A DNA stretch of 64,000 bases from Candidatus Levyibacteriota bacterium (GTDB lineage: Bacteria > Patescibacteriota > Microgenomatia > Levybacterales > UBA12049). The number at the start of each line of letters is the position of its first letter. Position 1 is the first letter of the stretch. Below, in pieces: positions 1-9,359 of the stretch. Where the stretch lies: the NCBI GenBank assembly GCA_027459725.1, contig DAIDHK010000007.1, positions 261-64,260 on the forward strand, given 5' to 3'. The notes beneath the pieces were generated by a model. It saw nothing but the letters and a program-made list of their open reading frames with translations. It made no database searches and was not told where the DNA came from. The translations under genes and the position numbers were made by a program.

Positions 1-3000
1 CTTAGGGTGTTACTACTGCTGAAAAATTGTATGTTCCCTGTTGATGACCCATTTAGTGTTAACGTATTCGTGCTACTCGCTGTTAATGACCCCGCCCCTG
101 CAAATGTTAATCCCGTCGCACTCGTGTTGATCGTATCTAGTGATGCTACCCCACTGAGTGCCCCTCCTGTCGTAACGTTTAATCCCCCACTGGATGTTAA
201 CGCAAATGTCCCGCTGCTGTTTCCAATCGCAGTTGATGCCGTACCTGTCGTGTTGATATTTGTAGCCCCTGCTACGCTTAATCCACCGTTGAGTGTCTGT
301 AACCCTGTCCACGTATTAGCATTACCTAAGTTTATCCCTAACGTGTATGGACCACTCCCACTTCTCGTCAACGTTGAGTCTGTACTGTTGTTTACAAATA
401 AATTACTTCCTCCCGGACATGTTCCCCATACAGGAGAACCAGTTGAAGCCCCTGAGGATAGAAAGCATTGCTGTGTCCCTGAAGTAGTTGTCGCCAGAGC
501 CAGTTGATTTGAAGTATTTAAATAAATAACGCTACTCTGATTTCCTGTACCTATGCCAGATAGCGTAATATTCCCAGCAGAACTCAGACCTGTCAATCCG
601 CTTATAACACCACTTGCGGTTATATTGCCATTGTTACCTATGGTAAATTTAGTATTTCCAGAACTACTGGCAGTAAAAATATCATTGGTTATCGCCCCTA
701 TCTGATTGACCACTTCTGCCGCATTTCCACCAGTATTTCCCCCATTAACGCTCAAAGTTCCAACCGGTGAATTCGTACCCACACCCAAGCTACCATTTAT
801 AAATGCAACATTTGAACCACTAGAATTGCTCAATACCAAAGCATCTTCATAACCGCTGCTAGTAAGATTAGGCAGTTCAAAACCAATGCTTCTATAAATA
901 CGCCCTACAGCAAATTGTGTACCCAGGCGTAATTCATTATTACTCGAATCCATATACATAAAAGCATATGGGTTTACATTATTTGATACAAACGGATTAG
1001 CGTAAGGCGTCACATTACCGGAAAGTACCAGAACGCCGGTCTCAATAGCACCATTCCCCGCATCAATTGTTTGTCGGGGAGATGTTGTTCCTACCCCTAA
1101 AAATCCACTTCCATTGGAATTGATCAACACATTCCCGGTGGTATTGTATGCAGAAGAGTTCCCTAAAGTTAAATTACCATCATTTGTAGTTGCCAATGTA
1201 CCATCTCCTGTTAAATATACAGCGTTATTTCCGCTATTGGCCGATATACTAGCCACTGGAGTACCTGTATTGTTATTCAAAAATGCAAATTTGGCGCTGG
1301 CTGTACTCGTCCCACCTACAAACAGATCTTCTGTGGCATTTAAAGGATAGATGGAACCATTACCACTAGTAAACAAACTCGTACTTCCTCCTCCTCCGGA
1401 GCCACAGCTACCCCAACTTGGCGAACTGGCACCATTAGAGACTAAACATTGCCCCGATGACCCAGCCGTAGTAAATGAGTAACTACTCCCGTTACTGTAA
1501 GCGATAGATCCAGCCGAACCAATGCTGCTAATGCCTGTTCCCCCACTTGAGACTCCTACTGTGGTAGCGGATAGTAGTCCTGACGAGGCTTGTAAAACAC
1601 CATTGCCTAAGCCTGTAAAATCAATCGAACCTGTAGCTGTAATATTATCAATATTTACTAGGTTACCATTATTATCAATTCTTTCTATCCCCGCTCCGGA
1701 ACCTGAATTAATACCTGTCGTACCGTTCAAAATTGTACCTGTGATTGTACTGGCGGCATTTAGAGCACCGGCCGTAGTGACATTAAAATTGGAGCTGGTA
1801 ATATAATTACCACCTGTTGCAGTTGCACCTGCTAAACCTAGCGTACCAGCACTGTTAATTGAAGCTTCTTCATTACCATTAACTCTAAAAGCAAAATTAT
1901 TATTAGTTGTATTTACTCCTAATGCATAATCATATAACAGACCAGCACTACCACAACCCTCGGTAAAAGTACATTGAATATGTAATGAACCAGGTCCTAA
2001 GAACAGATTTCTAAATCTAGCCGAGCCGCTGGCACCTAAATCGGTAACATTATCAGTTGCCGGAGCTAAATACCCATCTATAGCACTATTACGTGGATTA
2101 ACAATAATGTTACCCGTACTACTGGTGCCCAGTGTTAAAGTCTGAGCATTGGTGGTTCCCAAAACTCCGGCGCCCGATAAATATGTAGCATTATTGGTCG
2201 TATTAGCAGAAATACTGGCTGTAGGCGTACCGCTGTTAACATTAGTGAAGGCAAATTTGGCAGACGAAGTGGATGCACCACCGATCAATAAATCTTCAGT
2301 TGAATTTATTGGATAAATTGCTCCCTGTCCGGCATTAAATAAGTTAGTTCCGCTGCCTAATGTGCAATCACCCCAGATAGGAGCGCTTGTCCCGCCCGAG
2401 AGCAAACACTGATTACTGCTTCCCACTCCTGTAAATTGATAGCGGGTTCCATCTGAATACAAAACTGTTCCCCCTAACCCGATAGAGTTAGTATTAGTAC
2501 CTCCATCATTTATTCCCAGAGTACCTGTAACCTCATTGCTCTCCAAATGAACAGGACCACTACTCAAAACACCTGATGCTGAAAAATGAGCAATGCCGAT
2601 AGAGCCTGTGGCATAAGCTGTACCACCTGCAGTAATCGTCCCGTCATTGGCAATAGTAAATTTAGTAATACCCGATGAACTTGCAGTAAATATATCGTTT
2701 GTATTTGCACCATTCTGATTGACAATAAGCGCAGCATCTCCATTATTTACACCCCCGCTGATACTTAAGTTGTTATCCGTTGCTAAAATTTGAGATCCGG
2801 AGTTATATAAATCTACATTTCCATTAGTGCCGCTAATAGTCAAACCGGTGTTGGCGGTTGTATTGCTTAATAATAGGGCGTTCTTACCAGAAGCTCCTAT
2901 AGACAGATTGCTGGAGAAATTACCCGTACCACCTACATTCAAAGTTGAGCTTCCTCCTGCCTGTCCAATGCTAACAGTTCCATTATTGTTTATATTCATT

Positions 3001-6000
3001 ACATTCAAGTTATAACTGCTATTACCAACATTGGCTGTTTGAATATTTAAACTATCACCGTTTAACAAATCCAGAGTTTGTGTGGCACTAGACCCAACTG
3101 GCACTGTCAAAGAGTAGTTAGTATTAAAAAGGAAAGAAGGATTTGTGTATCTCATACCTACTACTGCAAAGACAGCACTACTGGTAGCAGACGATCCCAA
3201 CAGAAAATCGGTTGTTGGATTACCGGGATATAATGCTCCGTTGGTAATCTCCCAGTAATTAGAACCAACCGTTGACTGATCCTGCCACACAGGTCCACCA
3301 GATCCTCCATTTGAAACCAAAACCTGACCGCTGTTACCTGCTGAAGTGAAATATAACGGGCCATTGGTCCCACCAGAGTATGGCACAGATCCATAAGGAC
3401 CAAATGAAGTAGTACCAGTTCCTCCATTACCTACAGGTAAGGTATTGGTTACATCTGTCGTAAGATTAACTAGTCCGCTGGAAATATTTCCATTACTATC
3501 AAAATGCGCCACGCCTGTTGAATACTTCTTGTCCGTAATTGTTCCATCATTAGCTATTGTAAATTTAGTTATACCCGAACTACTGGCACTGAAGATGTCA
3601 TTTGAAGTACTTCCGATTTGATTAACCACAAATGCTGAATTGCCTCCACTGTTTCCTCCTTCAACATCTAACAGAGCAATTGGATTGGTAGTACCAATGC
3701 CAATATTACCATTATCGTAGATGTCTCCGTCTCCCAATGCATAGGTGCCTGTAAATTTAGCAATATAGTTTGTAATTCCATTCCCACCCAAACTGGCTGA
3801 AGATCCTGAACAGTTTCCGCTCGAATCACAAAGAGTCCGGTTACCCCAGTATAAATATCCAGACGGCGCTCCTGTAGTACCGGTAGTATTTAAAATATCA
3901 TTTATCCCACCAGCCACACCTAATCTAACACCCCCATTGATATCTAACAATTCCTGGGGGTTAGTAGTTCCAATACCTACAAATCCACTTGGGGAAATAG
4001 TCAGTGCAGTATGAAAATAACTTGGAGTATCTCCGCCTGGGCTGGTATTAAAAGTCAGGCTGCTGCCGTTATACAAATTAAAGTTGGCTGCAGCATTTAC
4101 GCCTGTTGGCACCTCCAACGCAAGATTCCCCGAAATGGAAGCAGTAGGATTACCCGTTCCTGAATTATTGATAAAAGCAAATTTGGCACTATCTGTAGAT
4201 ATTCCACCCAATAACAAATCATTACTCAAAAATTTTGGTGAGACAGTTCCCTGATATTCACTCCAATAATTCACGCCCACCGAGCTTGAACTGGTCCAGC
4301 TAGGTGTACCTGTACCATTAGAAATTAAAACATCTCCCAATGTCCCGGATGAAGTAAATCCATAAGCCGTTCCAGTGGAATAAACGATGGAACCAGCAGT
4401 ACCTACAGAGTTATTTCCGGTACCACCTGAACCAAGAGGCAATAGACCACTCACCTCACTTGTTAAATTTACCAGGCCACTAGTTATGGTCCCATTAGAG
4501 CTCAAATGAGCTATTCCTGTAGTCAAATTTGCCAATCTCACGCTGCCATCACTGCCTAAAATCAAAGAGGAAGCCAATCCGCTATCTCCACCCGGAGAAA
4601 AATTGAAATTAAATGACCCTCCGTTTAAGACGTTCAAACTACCCATAAAATTGTTGCCAGTGGGTGCGCTTAATGAAAGATTACCTGAAATAGAGGCAGA
4701 ACGAGTATTAGTGGTAGTGCCAAGAAAGGCAAAGGCGGCAGAAGGAGTTGACTGACCTCCAACCAACAGATCAACTGAATTATCTGCAGGAGTGATAACC
4801 CCATTACCTTCATTCCAATAATTAGTTCCTACTGATCCTGAGCTTACCCAGCTGGGGGCACTGGATCCGTTGGAAATTAAGACCTGCCCAGGATTACCTT
4901 GGACCGTAAAGCTATATCCAGTACCGTCAGAATAAGCGACTGTGCCGGCACTGCCCAAAAAAGTAGTATTAGTTCCGCCTAAGCTGACTGGCAAAGTTCC
5001 AGTCAGATCAGATCCACTAGTTAAATCTATCAAACTACTACTTATTGTTCCATTTGAGCTAATATGTGCCACACCGGTGGTTAATTGAGGCAGCTGTACA
5101 CTCCCGTTATTATTCAAAACAAAACTTGAAGTTAAGCCGCTATTGCCACCTGGTGAGACTTCAAATGATAAAGCTCCTCCATTGAAAATGTTTAAACTAT
5201 TTGAGCCACCAACACCTGTAGGAACTGATATGGATAAATTGCCGCTTATGCTTGCTGAACGAGTAGTGGAGAGTACACCTGAAAACGCAAAAGCCGCCGA
5301 ACTAGTGGCGGTGCTTCCGATTAATACATCGTTAGTTTCATTACCCGGTGATATGGCACCGCTGCCTTGCTGCCAGTAGTTGACTCCTAAAATACAATTT
5401 CCCCATCCCGGTGCGCCTGAACCATTTGATACCAGACACTGATTAGCGGTCCCTTGGGTTGTGAAGTCATAGTAAGTTCCGTTCGAATAAGCGATTGTCC
5501 CAACAGGTCCTAAGTAAGTGGTATTGGTTCCACCCCGGTTAATTGGCAGTGTACCAATCACATCTCCACTAGCCAAGGCTATCTGACTGCTGCTCAAATT
5601 TCCGTTAGCATCGAAGTGAGCTATCCCTGTAGATAAACCTGACATCTGTATCGTACCGTCATTCTTTATAACAAACCTAGTCATTCCAGAACTGCTTGCA
5701 GTAAAGATATCTCCATTACCTGTCTGATCAATAATTCCAGCTGCCATACCAGCCACTGATGATGACCCCTGGACATCCAGCAATCCTAACGGCGCAGCTG
5801 TACCAATTCCGATATTACCTGCAGTGTAGTAGAGACTGCTTCCATTAATTAACCATTGGCCATTTCCTCCCGTTCCGTTGGAAGAAGCAATAGTAATAAT
5901 CTTGTTCGCTGCATCTGTCGTCAAAGTAATCCCGGTACCGGAAGCAAAGTTTAAAGTGTCATTGTTACTGCCAGCTGTGATTGTACTCTGTCCGCTGACA

Positions 6001-7103
6001 GCTATGTTTTTAAAAATATTTTGACTTGAGCCTAAATCATTTGCTGAAATCTGTAATCCATCAATAGAAATTCCTGAACCCGCATCCAATGTTAACGCAC
6101 CCGTCTGCCCCTGCAGACTGGTTTGTGTAACCGTAGAGCTAATGGTTGGCGTTTGACCGGAACTGATACTAATTCCTGACCCGGCTTTTACTCCATAAAT
6201 TAAATTAGCGCCTGTCACATTTCCTGAACCTGCGTCAATATTGGCATTGTTAGTAGTAATCCCCCCGTTCAAGATTGATAACCCATTAGCTGTTAAAGCC
6301 TGACCTACAACTAGAGTTTGCTGAGCACTCACTGAAGAGGAAAAAGTAGTTTCCTGCTTAAAAAGCGATGGAATCGAAACTGTAAATTGTAAATCAGGAT
6401 TGACACTTGCTGCACCAAGTACAGACTGAAATTCATTTCCTTTTAGATCCAGGGTAGTAACAGCTGATTTAAATAAGTTGTAATTTAGCCAGCTATTGCC
6501 TAACCACTGAGGCTTAAAAAATAAAACAGAACTAAGAACAAACAAACTTAAAATTAAGCCCGAAGACGTAAATATGAAATATTTTGATATATTTCTATGC
6601 TTTTTGTTAGCTTCTTCAGAATTTTCAGAGTATAAATTTTCATATGGCATTACATCCGCTGGTGGCTGATAAGCCGCAATTCGTTCATTCAAATCACGTT
6701 GCCTTTCCTGTTCCCAGGCATAACGCTGTGCAATAGTGGCAAAGCCAAGATATTGTTCTTGTTCCTCTGTTTCTTCATTTTCAGTTGCATAATCAAGATC
6801 TAACTTAGGAACTACTATATTTTTTTCAATTGTTGAGATTGGCATCTCCTCAGTTTGAGGCAGGTTTGCTTCCAGAGCTAATTTCCGTAAAGCCTTTTGT
6901 GGATTTTTTTTCTGCAGTAGTTTTCTAAAGGCCCGTAGTTGTTTAACAGTATAACGACGCTGGTTTCCCTGAGTTCGGATGGAGACTAATTTAGCGCTTT
7001 CGTCCCAACGTCTTAAAGTTTGAGTGGAAACATGCAGGTAATCTGCCGCCTCTTGAACGGTTAATTTTTGTACACTTTCTTTGGACAGGGACAGATCTTT
7101 CAT
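1..7103 (-). CDS. Giant (>2367 aa, runs off the left edge) membrane-anchored protein: N-terminal MerR/BldC/Xis-like HTH, one TM helix, long G/S/T/N-rich tail-fibre-like repeats
   Basis: Not in the ORF track because no stop codon lies in the window. From ATG at 7103: MKDLSLSKESVQKLTVQEAADYLHVSTQTLRRWDESAKLVSIRTQGNQRRYTVKQL. TM segment KYFIFTSSGLILSLFVLSSVLIFKP near 6515-6590. Same frame confirmed by spot checks at ~3120-3180 (SAVFAVVGMRYTNPSFLFN) and 3-60 (LTLNGSSTGNIQFFSSSNTL). Repeated GNIGIGT..P and LP...GGT motifs. Confidence 0.9.
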   Translation of the reverse strand, partial: MKDLSLSKESVQKLTVQEAADYLHVSTQTLRRWDESAKLVSIRTQGNQRRYTVKQLRAFRKLLQKKNPQKALRKLALEANLPQTEEMPISTIEKNIVVPKLDLDYATENEETEEQEQYLGFATIAQRYAWEQERQRDLNERIAAYQPPADVMPYENLYSENSEEANKKHRNISKYFIFTSSGLILSLFVLSSVLFFKPQWLGNSWLNYNLFKSAVTTLDLKGNEFQSVLGAASVNPDLQFTVSIPSLFKQETTFSSSVSAQQTLVVGQALTANGLSILNGGITTNNANIDAGSGNVTGANLIYGVKAGSGISISSGQTPTISSTVTQTSLQGQTGALTLDAGSGISIDGLQISANDLGSSQNIFKNIAVSGQSTITAGSNNDTLNFASGTGITLTTDAANKIITIASSNGTGGNGQWLINGSSLYYTAGNIGIGTAAPLGLLDVQGSSSVAGMAAGIIDQTGNGDIFTASSSGMTRFVIKNDGTIQMSGLSTGIAHFDANGNLSSSQIALASGDVIGTLPINRGGTNTTYLGPVGTIAYSNGTYYDFTTQGTANQCLVSNGSGAPGWGNCILGVNYWQQGSGAISPGNETNDVLIGSTATSSAAFAFSGVLSTTRSASISGNLSISVPTGVGGSNSLNIFNGGALSFEVSPGGNSGLTSSFVLNNNGSVQLPQLTTGVAHISSNGTISSSLIDLTSGSDLTGTLPVSLGGTNTTFLGSAGTVAYSDGTGYSFTVQGNPGQVLISNGSSAPSWVSSGSVGTNYWNEGNGVITPADNSVDLLVGGQSTPSAAFAFLGTTTNTRSASISGNLSLSAPTGNNFMGSLNVLNGGSFNFNFSPGGDSGLASSLILGSDGSVRLANLTTGIAHLSSNGTITSGLVNLTSEVSGLLPLGSGGTGNNSVGTAGSIVYSTGTAYGFTSSGTLGDVLISNGTGTPSWTSSSSVGVNYWSEYQGTVSPKFLSNDLLLGGISTDSAKFAFINNSGTGNPTASISGNLALEVPTGVNAAANFNLYNGSSLTFNTSPGGDTPSYFHTALTISPSGFVGIGTTNPQELLDINGGVRLGVAGGINDILNTTGTTGAPSGYLYWGNRTLCDSSGNCSGSSASLGGNGITNYIAKFTGTYALGDGDIYDNGNIGIGTTNPIALLDVEGGNSGGNSAFVVNQIGSTSNDIFSASSSGITKFTIANDGTITDKKYSTGVAHFDSNGNISSGLVNLTTDVTNTLPVGNGGTGTTSFGPYGSVPYSGGTNGPLYFTSAGNSGQVLVSNGGSGGPVWQDQSTVGSNYWEITNGALYPGNPTTDFLLGSSATSSAVFAVVGMRYTNPSFLFNTNYSLTVPVGSSATQTLDLLNGDSLNIQTANVGNSSYNLNVMNINNNGTVSIGQAGGSSTLNVGGTGNFSSNLSIGASGKNALLLSNTTANTGLTISGTNGNVDLYNSGSQILATDNNLSISGGVNNGDAALIVNQNGANTNDIFTASSSGITKFTIANDGTITAGGTAYATGSIGIAHFSASGVLSSGPVHLESNEVTGTLGINDGGTNTNSIGLGGTVLYSDGTRYQFTGVGSSNQCLLSGGTSAPIWGDCTLGSGTNLFNAGQGAIYPINSTEDLLIGGASTSSAKFAFTNVNSGTPTASISANTTNNATYLSGAGVLGTTNAQTLTLGTSSTGNIIVNPRNSAIDGYLAPATDNVTDLGASGSARFRNLFLGPGSLHIQCTFTEGCGSAGLLYDYALGVNTTNNNFAFRVNGNEEASINSAGTLGLAGATATGGNYITSSNFNVTTAGALNAASTITGTILNGTTGINSGSGAGIERIDNNGNLVNIDNITATGSIDFTGLGNGVLQASSGLLSATTVGVSSGGTGISSIGSAGSIAYSNGSSYSFTTAGSSGQCLVSNGASSPSWGSCGSGGGGSTSLFTSGNGSIYPLNATEDLFVGGTSTASAKFAFLNNNTGTPVASISANSGNNAVYLTGDGTLATTNDGNLTLGNSSAYNTTGNVLINSNGSGFLGVGTTSPRQTIDAGNGAIETGVLVLSGNVTPYANPFVSNNVNPYAFMYMDSSNNELRLGTQFAVGRIYRSIGFELPNLTSSGYEDALVLSNSSGSNVAFINGSLGVGTNSPVGTLSVNGGNTGGNAAEVVNQIGAITNDIFTASSSGNTKFTIGNNGNITASGVISGLTGLSSAGNITLSGIGTGNQSSVIYLNTSNQLALATTTSGTQQCFLSSGASTGSPVWGTCPGGSNLFVNNSTDSTLTRSGSGPYTLGINLGNANTWTGLQTLNGGLSVAGATNINTTGTASTAIGNSSGTFALTSSGGLNVTTGGALSGVASLDTINTSATGLTFAGAGSLTASSTNTLTLNGSSTGNIQFFSSSNTL

Positions 7104-7226
7104 AACTTAATCAAAAACTTATACAAGTTTGAGTCTAAAACGAAATTTTTATTGCTTACTTCATTGAAGCAATTTTTCACAACGCTGTCAATGATTATTA
7201 AGCATAATTTTGAGGCTATTTTTTTA

Positions 7227-7255
7227 TTGACTTTTGCAAATCTTTTCATTAGAGT
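7227..7255 (+). promoter_or_regulatory. Putative sigma70 promoter for the ATPase cluster
   Basis: TTGACT-17 bp-TAGAGT upstream of ATG 7317. Confidence 0.45.
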
Positions 7256-7316
7256 AAAAGCAGAGGATAAATTTGTGTCGAAACTTATACATTTTTTTAG
7301 CAAAATAAGTCCTATA

Positions 7317-8087
7317 ATGTCTTTATTCCTACTACTTCTTTTACTAGAAATTGTTTCTCCATTGACATCAGTTTTCGCGCAAACATTGTCTACAGGAGTA
7401 GCAATTTATGTAGATATACCTGGACAGACCGTACAACCTGGATCTATAATCAGTTTAAGTTCTCATGAATATAAACTAAGCAGCATTGCCTATGACCCTA
7501 CTGCAATAGGTGTGGTCATTAAGGATCCATCTGTATCCCTAGAAAACCCTCTTTCTATATCAAAATATTCCTATCCGATCATTCATGATGGAAAAGCCTA
7601 TGTTCTCGTCAACACCTCAAATGGAAATATTCAGACAGGTGATCCACTAACTACATCAAACACACCAGGAATAGCTCAAAAGGCTACAGAAGATGGCTAT
7701 GTAATTGGTACTGCCTTAGAAAACTACGACAATACAAATAAACTAAAATCTGCACTGATTCTTGCTAACATTACTTTTACTTTACGATCTAAACCAATTA
7801 ATAGTAAAACACAAAATCTGTTTTCTTCTTTTCAACAAGCATTTAATACAGGTTATGTCTCCCCTGCCACAATTATCCGCTATATAGCAGCTGCTCTGGT
7901 AGTCATCCTTTCTTTTCTGTTGGGTATCGGTTACTTTGGCCGAATAGCCACAGCAGGTATAGAAGCATTAGGCAGAAATCCATTGGCCAGCAATCTCATC
8001 TGGACAGGAATCGTATTTAATATTTCAATCATGCTGCTTTTAATCATAATTGGCATCGTCATAGGTTATTTTATTCTGGTTATTTAG
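7317..8087 (+). CDS. Signal peptide + extracellular peptidase-G2/IMC-like domain + C-terminal ATP synthase subunit-c-like helical hairpin lacking the ion-binding Glu/Asp
   Basis: Likely start ATG 7317 (MSLFLLLLLLEIVSPLTSVFAQ); the track start at 7068 overlaps the divergent gene. C-terminal LLGIGYFGRIATAGIEALGRNPLASNLIWTGIVFNISIMLLL resembles the c-subunit E-A-x-x-R-(Q/N)-P loop. First gene of the atp cluster. Confidence 0.7.
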   Translation: MSLFLLLLLLEIVSPLTSVFAQTLSTGVAIYVDIPGQTVQPGSIISLSSHEYKLSSIAYDPTAIGVVIKDPSVSLENPLSISKYSYPIIHDGKAYVLVNTSNGNIQTGDPLTTSNTPGIAQKATEDGYVIGTALENYDNTNKLKSALILANITFTLRSKPINSKTQNLFSSFQQAFNTGYVSPATIIRYIAAALVVILSFLLGIGYFGRIATAGIEALGRNPLASNLIWTGIVFNISIMLLLIIIGIVIGYFILVI

Positions 8088-8156
8088 ATTTAACTAAGTT
8101 CAGGCTCTTGTAAAAATCTTTTAAATCTTAGATACTAGAATTAACTATTAAAAACT

Positions 8157-8867
8157 ATGTTAGTTGCACCTGCCTTTTTATTATTAATAATTCTAACTAC
8201 TATCATCCTAGCTATAGCTGTATTATCAGTAATTGCCAAGTATGAGAAGTCCATTCATCAGTTGCGAGAAATTCTAAGAGAAAACATGAGTTTGAAAAAT
8301 ACAACACAAAGCAAAACGAGAAAGGCCTTGGAAAAAGTACACAAACAAACTGAAGAAATTATTCAACAAGCAAATAAGAAAGCCGAAGCGATTATTGAGG
8401 ATGCTCACCAGTTTCAGAATAATGAACGTGAAACTTTTCTTAACAAACTTAAAGAACTTACCCAAATGCACAGCAAAGCTCTTGATGAAATAAATGAAAA
8501 TCTACATGGCGAGTACAAGAATTCCCTAACTGGAGAAGAGTCTAAGGCTGAACAAATATTTCAAACTGCAACGAAAGATATCGAAGATTTGGCAGATCAG
8601 GAGCTCGCCCAACTGAAATCACTTTTAGAAAAAGAAACTATCGACAGACAAAAAGAGGTAGATGCAAAGATAGCCAAAGAATATCAAGATGTAGAAAAAG
8701 AGCTACAAGCTTACCGTCAACAGAAACAACAAGAGATAGATAAACAGGCACAAGCTAAGTTAAAAGATCTGATATATGCCACACTGGGGGAAAGTTTGAG
8801 TCCTGACCAACAGGAACAATTGCTGGTAAATGCGGTCAAAAATGCAGCGAAACGACAAAGTTTATGA
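8157..8867 (+). CDS. atpF: ATP synthase subunit b-like protein (one N-terminal TM, long coiled coil)
   Basis: N-terminal hydrophobic helix, charged coiled coil (AEAIIEDA), position directly before delta/alpha; longer than a typical b subunit. Confidence 0.7.
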   Translation: MLVAPAFLLLIILTTIILAIAVLSVIAKYEKSIHQLREILRENMSLKNTTQSKTRKALEKVHKQTEEIIQQANKKAEAIIEDAHQFQNNERETFLNKLKELTQMHSKALDEINENLHGEYKNSLTGEESKAEQIFQTATKDIEDLADQELAQLKSLLEKETIDRQKEVDAKIAKEYQDVEKELQAYRQQKQQEIDKQAQAKLKDLIYATLGESLSPDQQEQLLVNAVKNAAKRQSL

Positions 8868-9343
8868 ATAACATAACTACTTCTATTTCCCCACTTCTGG
8901 CAGTAATCTATACACGGGAAGAAGCGGAGAAGGTGCAAGATATTTTAAGTGATTCATTAGATTCACTCTACAAAGTACATCATAACAATACTTTATCAAT
9001 CTTATTAGATAATCTCCCTGCTCACATAGGGGAGGTTTTAAAAGATCAGATCGAACAAAAACAAATTGACGTACAAACACCTGAGGCTATAAAAAAAATT
9101 TGTGATAGTTTAGCTTTGGCATTAAAAAATACCGACTTACTAACTTTAAGCCTTGCTTTTGAGCCTAGCTTTGAATTGACACAGAAAATAGCCAAACTCA
9201 TAAAAACTGAGTTTGGTGGAAATACTTTGATTGAAATAGAAGTAGACCCGCATGTAATGGGAGGAGCCATAATTACTTTCAAGGGACAGTATTTTGACTA
9301 TTCATTAAAAACTAAAATAGATCATTTTCTCAAATCGCAATAG
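8864..9343 (+). CDS. atpH: F1 ATPase delta subunit
   Basis: C-terminal IEVDPHVMGGAIITFKGQYFDYSLKTKI matches the delta/OSCP motif; operon position. Confidence 0.85.
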   Translation: MNNITTSISPLLAVIYTREEAEKVQDILSDSLDSLYKVHHNNTLSILLDNLPAHIGEVLKDQIEQKQIDVQTPEAIKKICDSLALALKNTDLLTLSLAFEPSFELTQKIAKLIKTEFGGNTLIEIEVDPHVMGGAIITFKGQYFDYSLKTKIDHFLKSQ

Positions 9344-9359
9344 CGATTGGTTATGCACA

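Noticed and set aside
7-5379. Plus-strand ORFs 7-507, 1114-1350, 1522-1806, 2827-3015, 5143-5379 and small off-frame minus ORFs
   Set aside because: Antisense or off-frame shadows of the giant minus-strand gene; P/V/L-rich translations are the expected mirror of G/T/N/S codons
7068-7316. N-terminal 83 aa of the track ORF 7068-8087
   Set aside because: Overlaps the divergent gene start and promoter region; a signal peptide begins at ATG 7317
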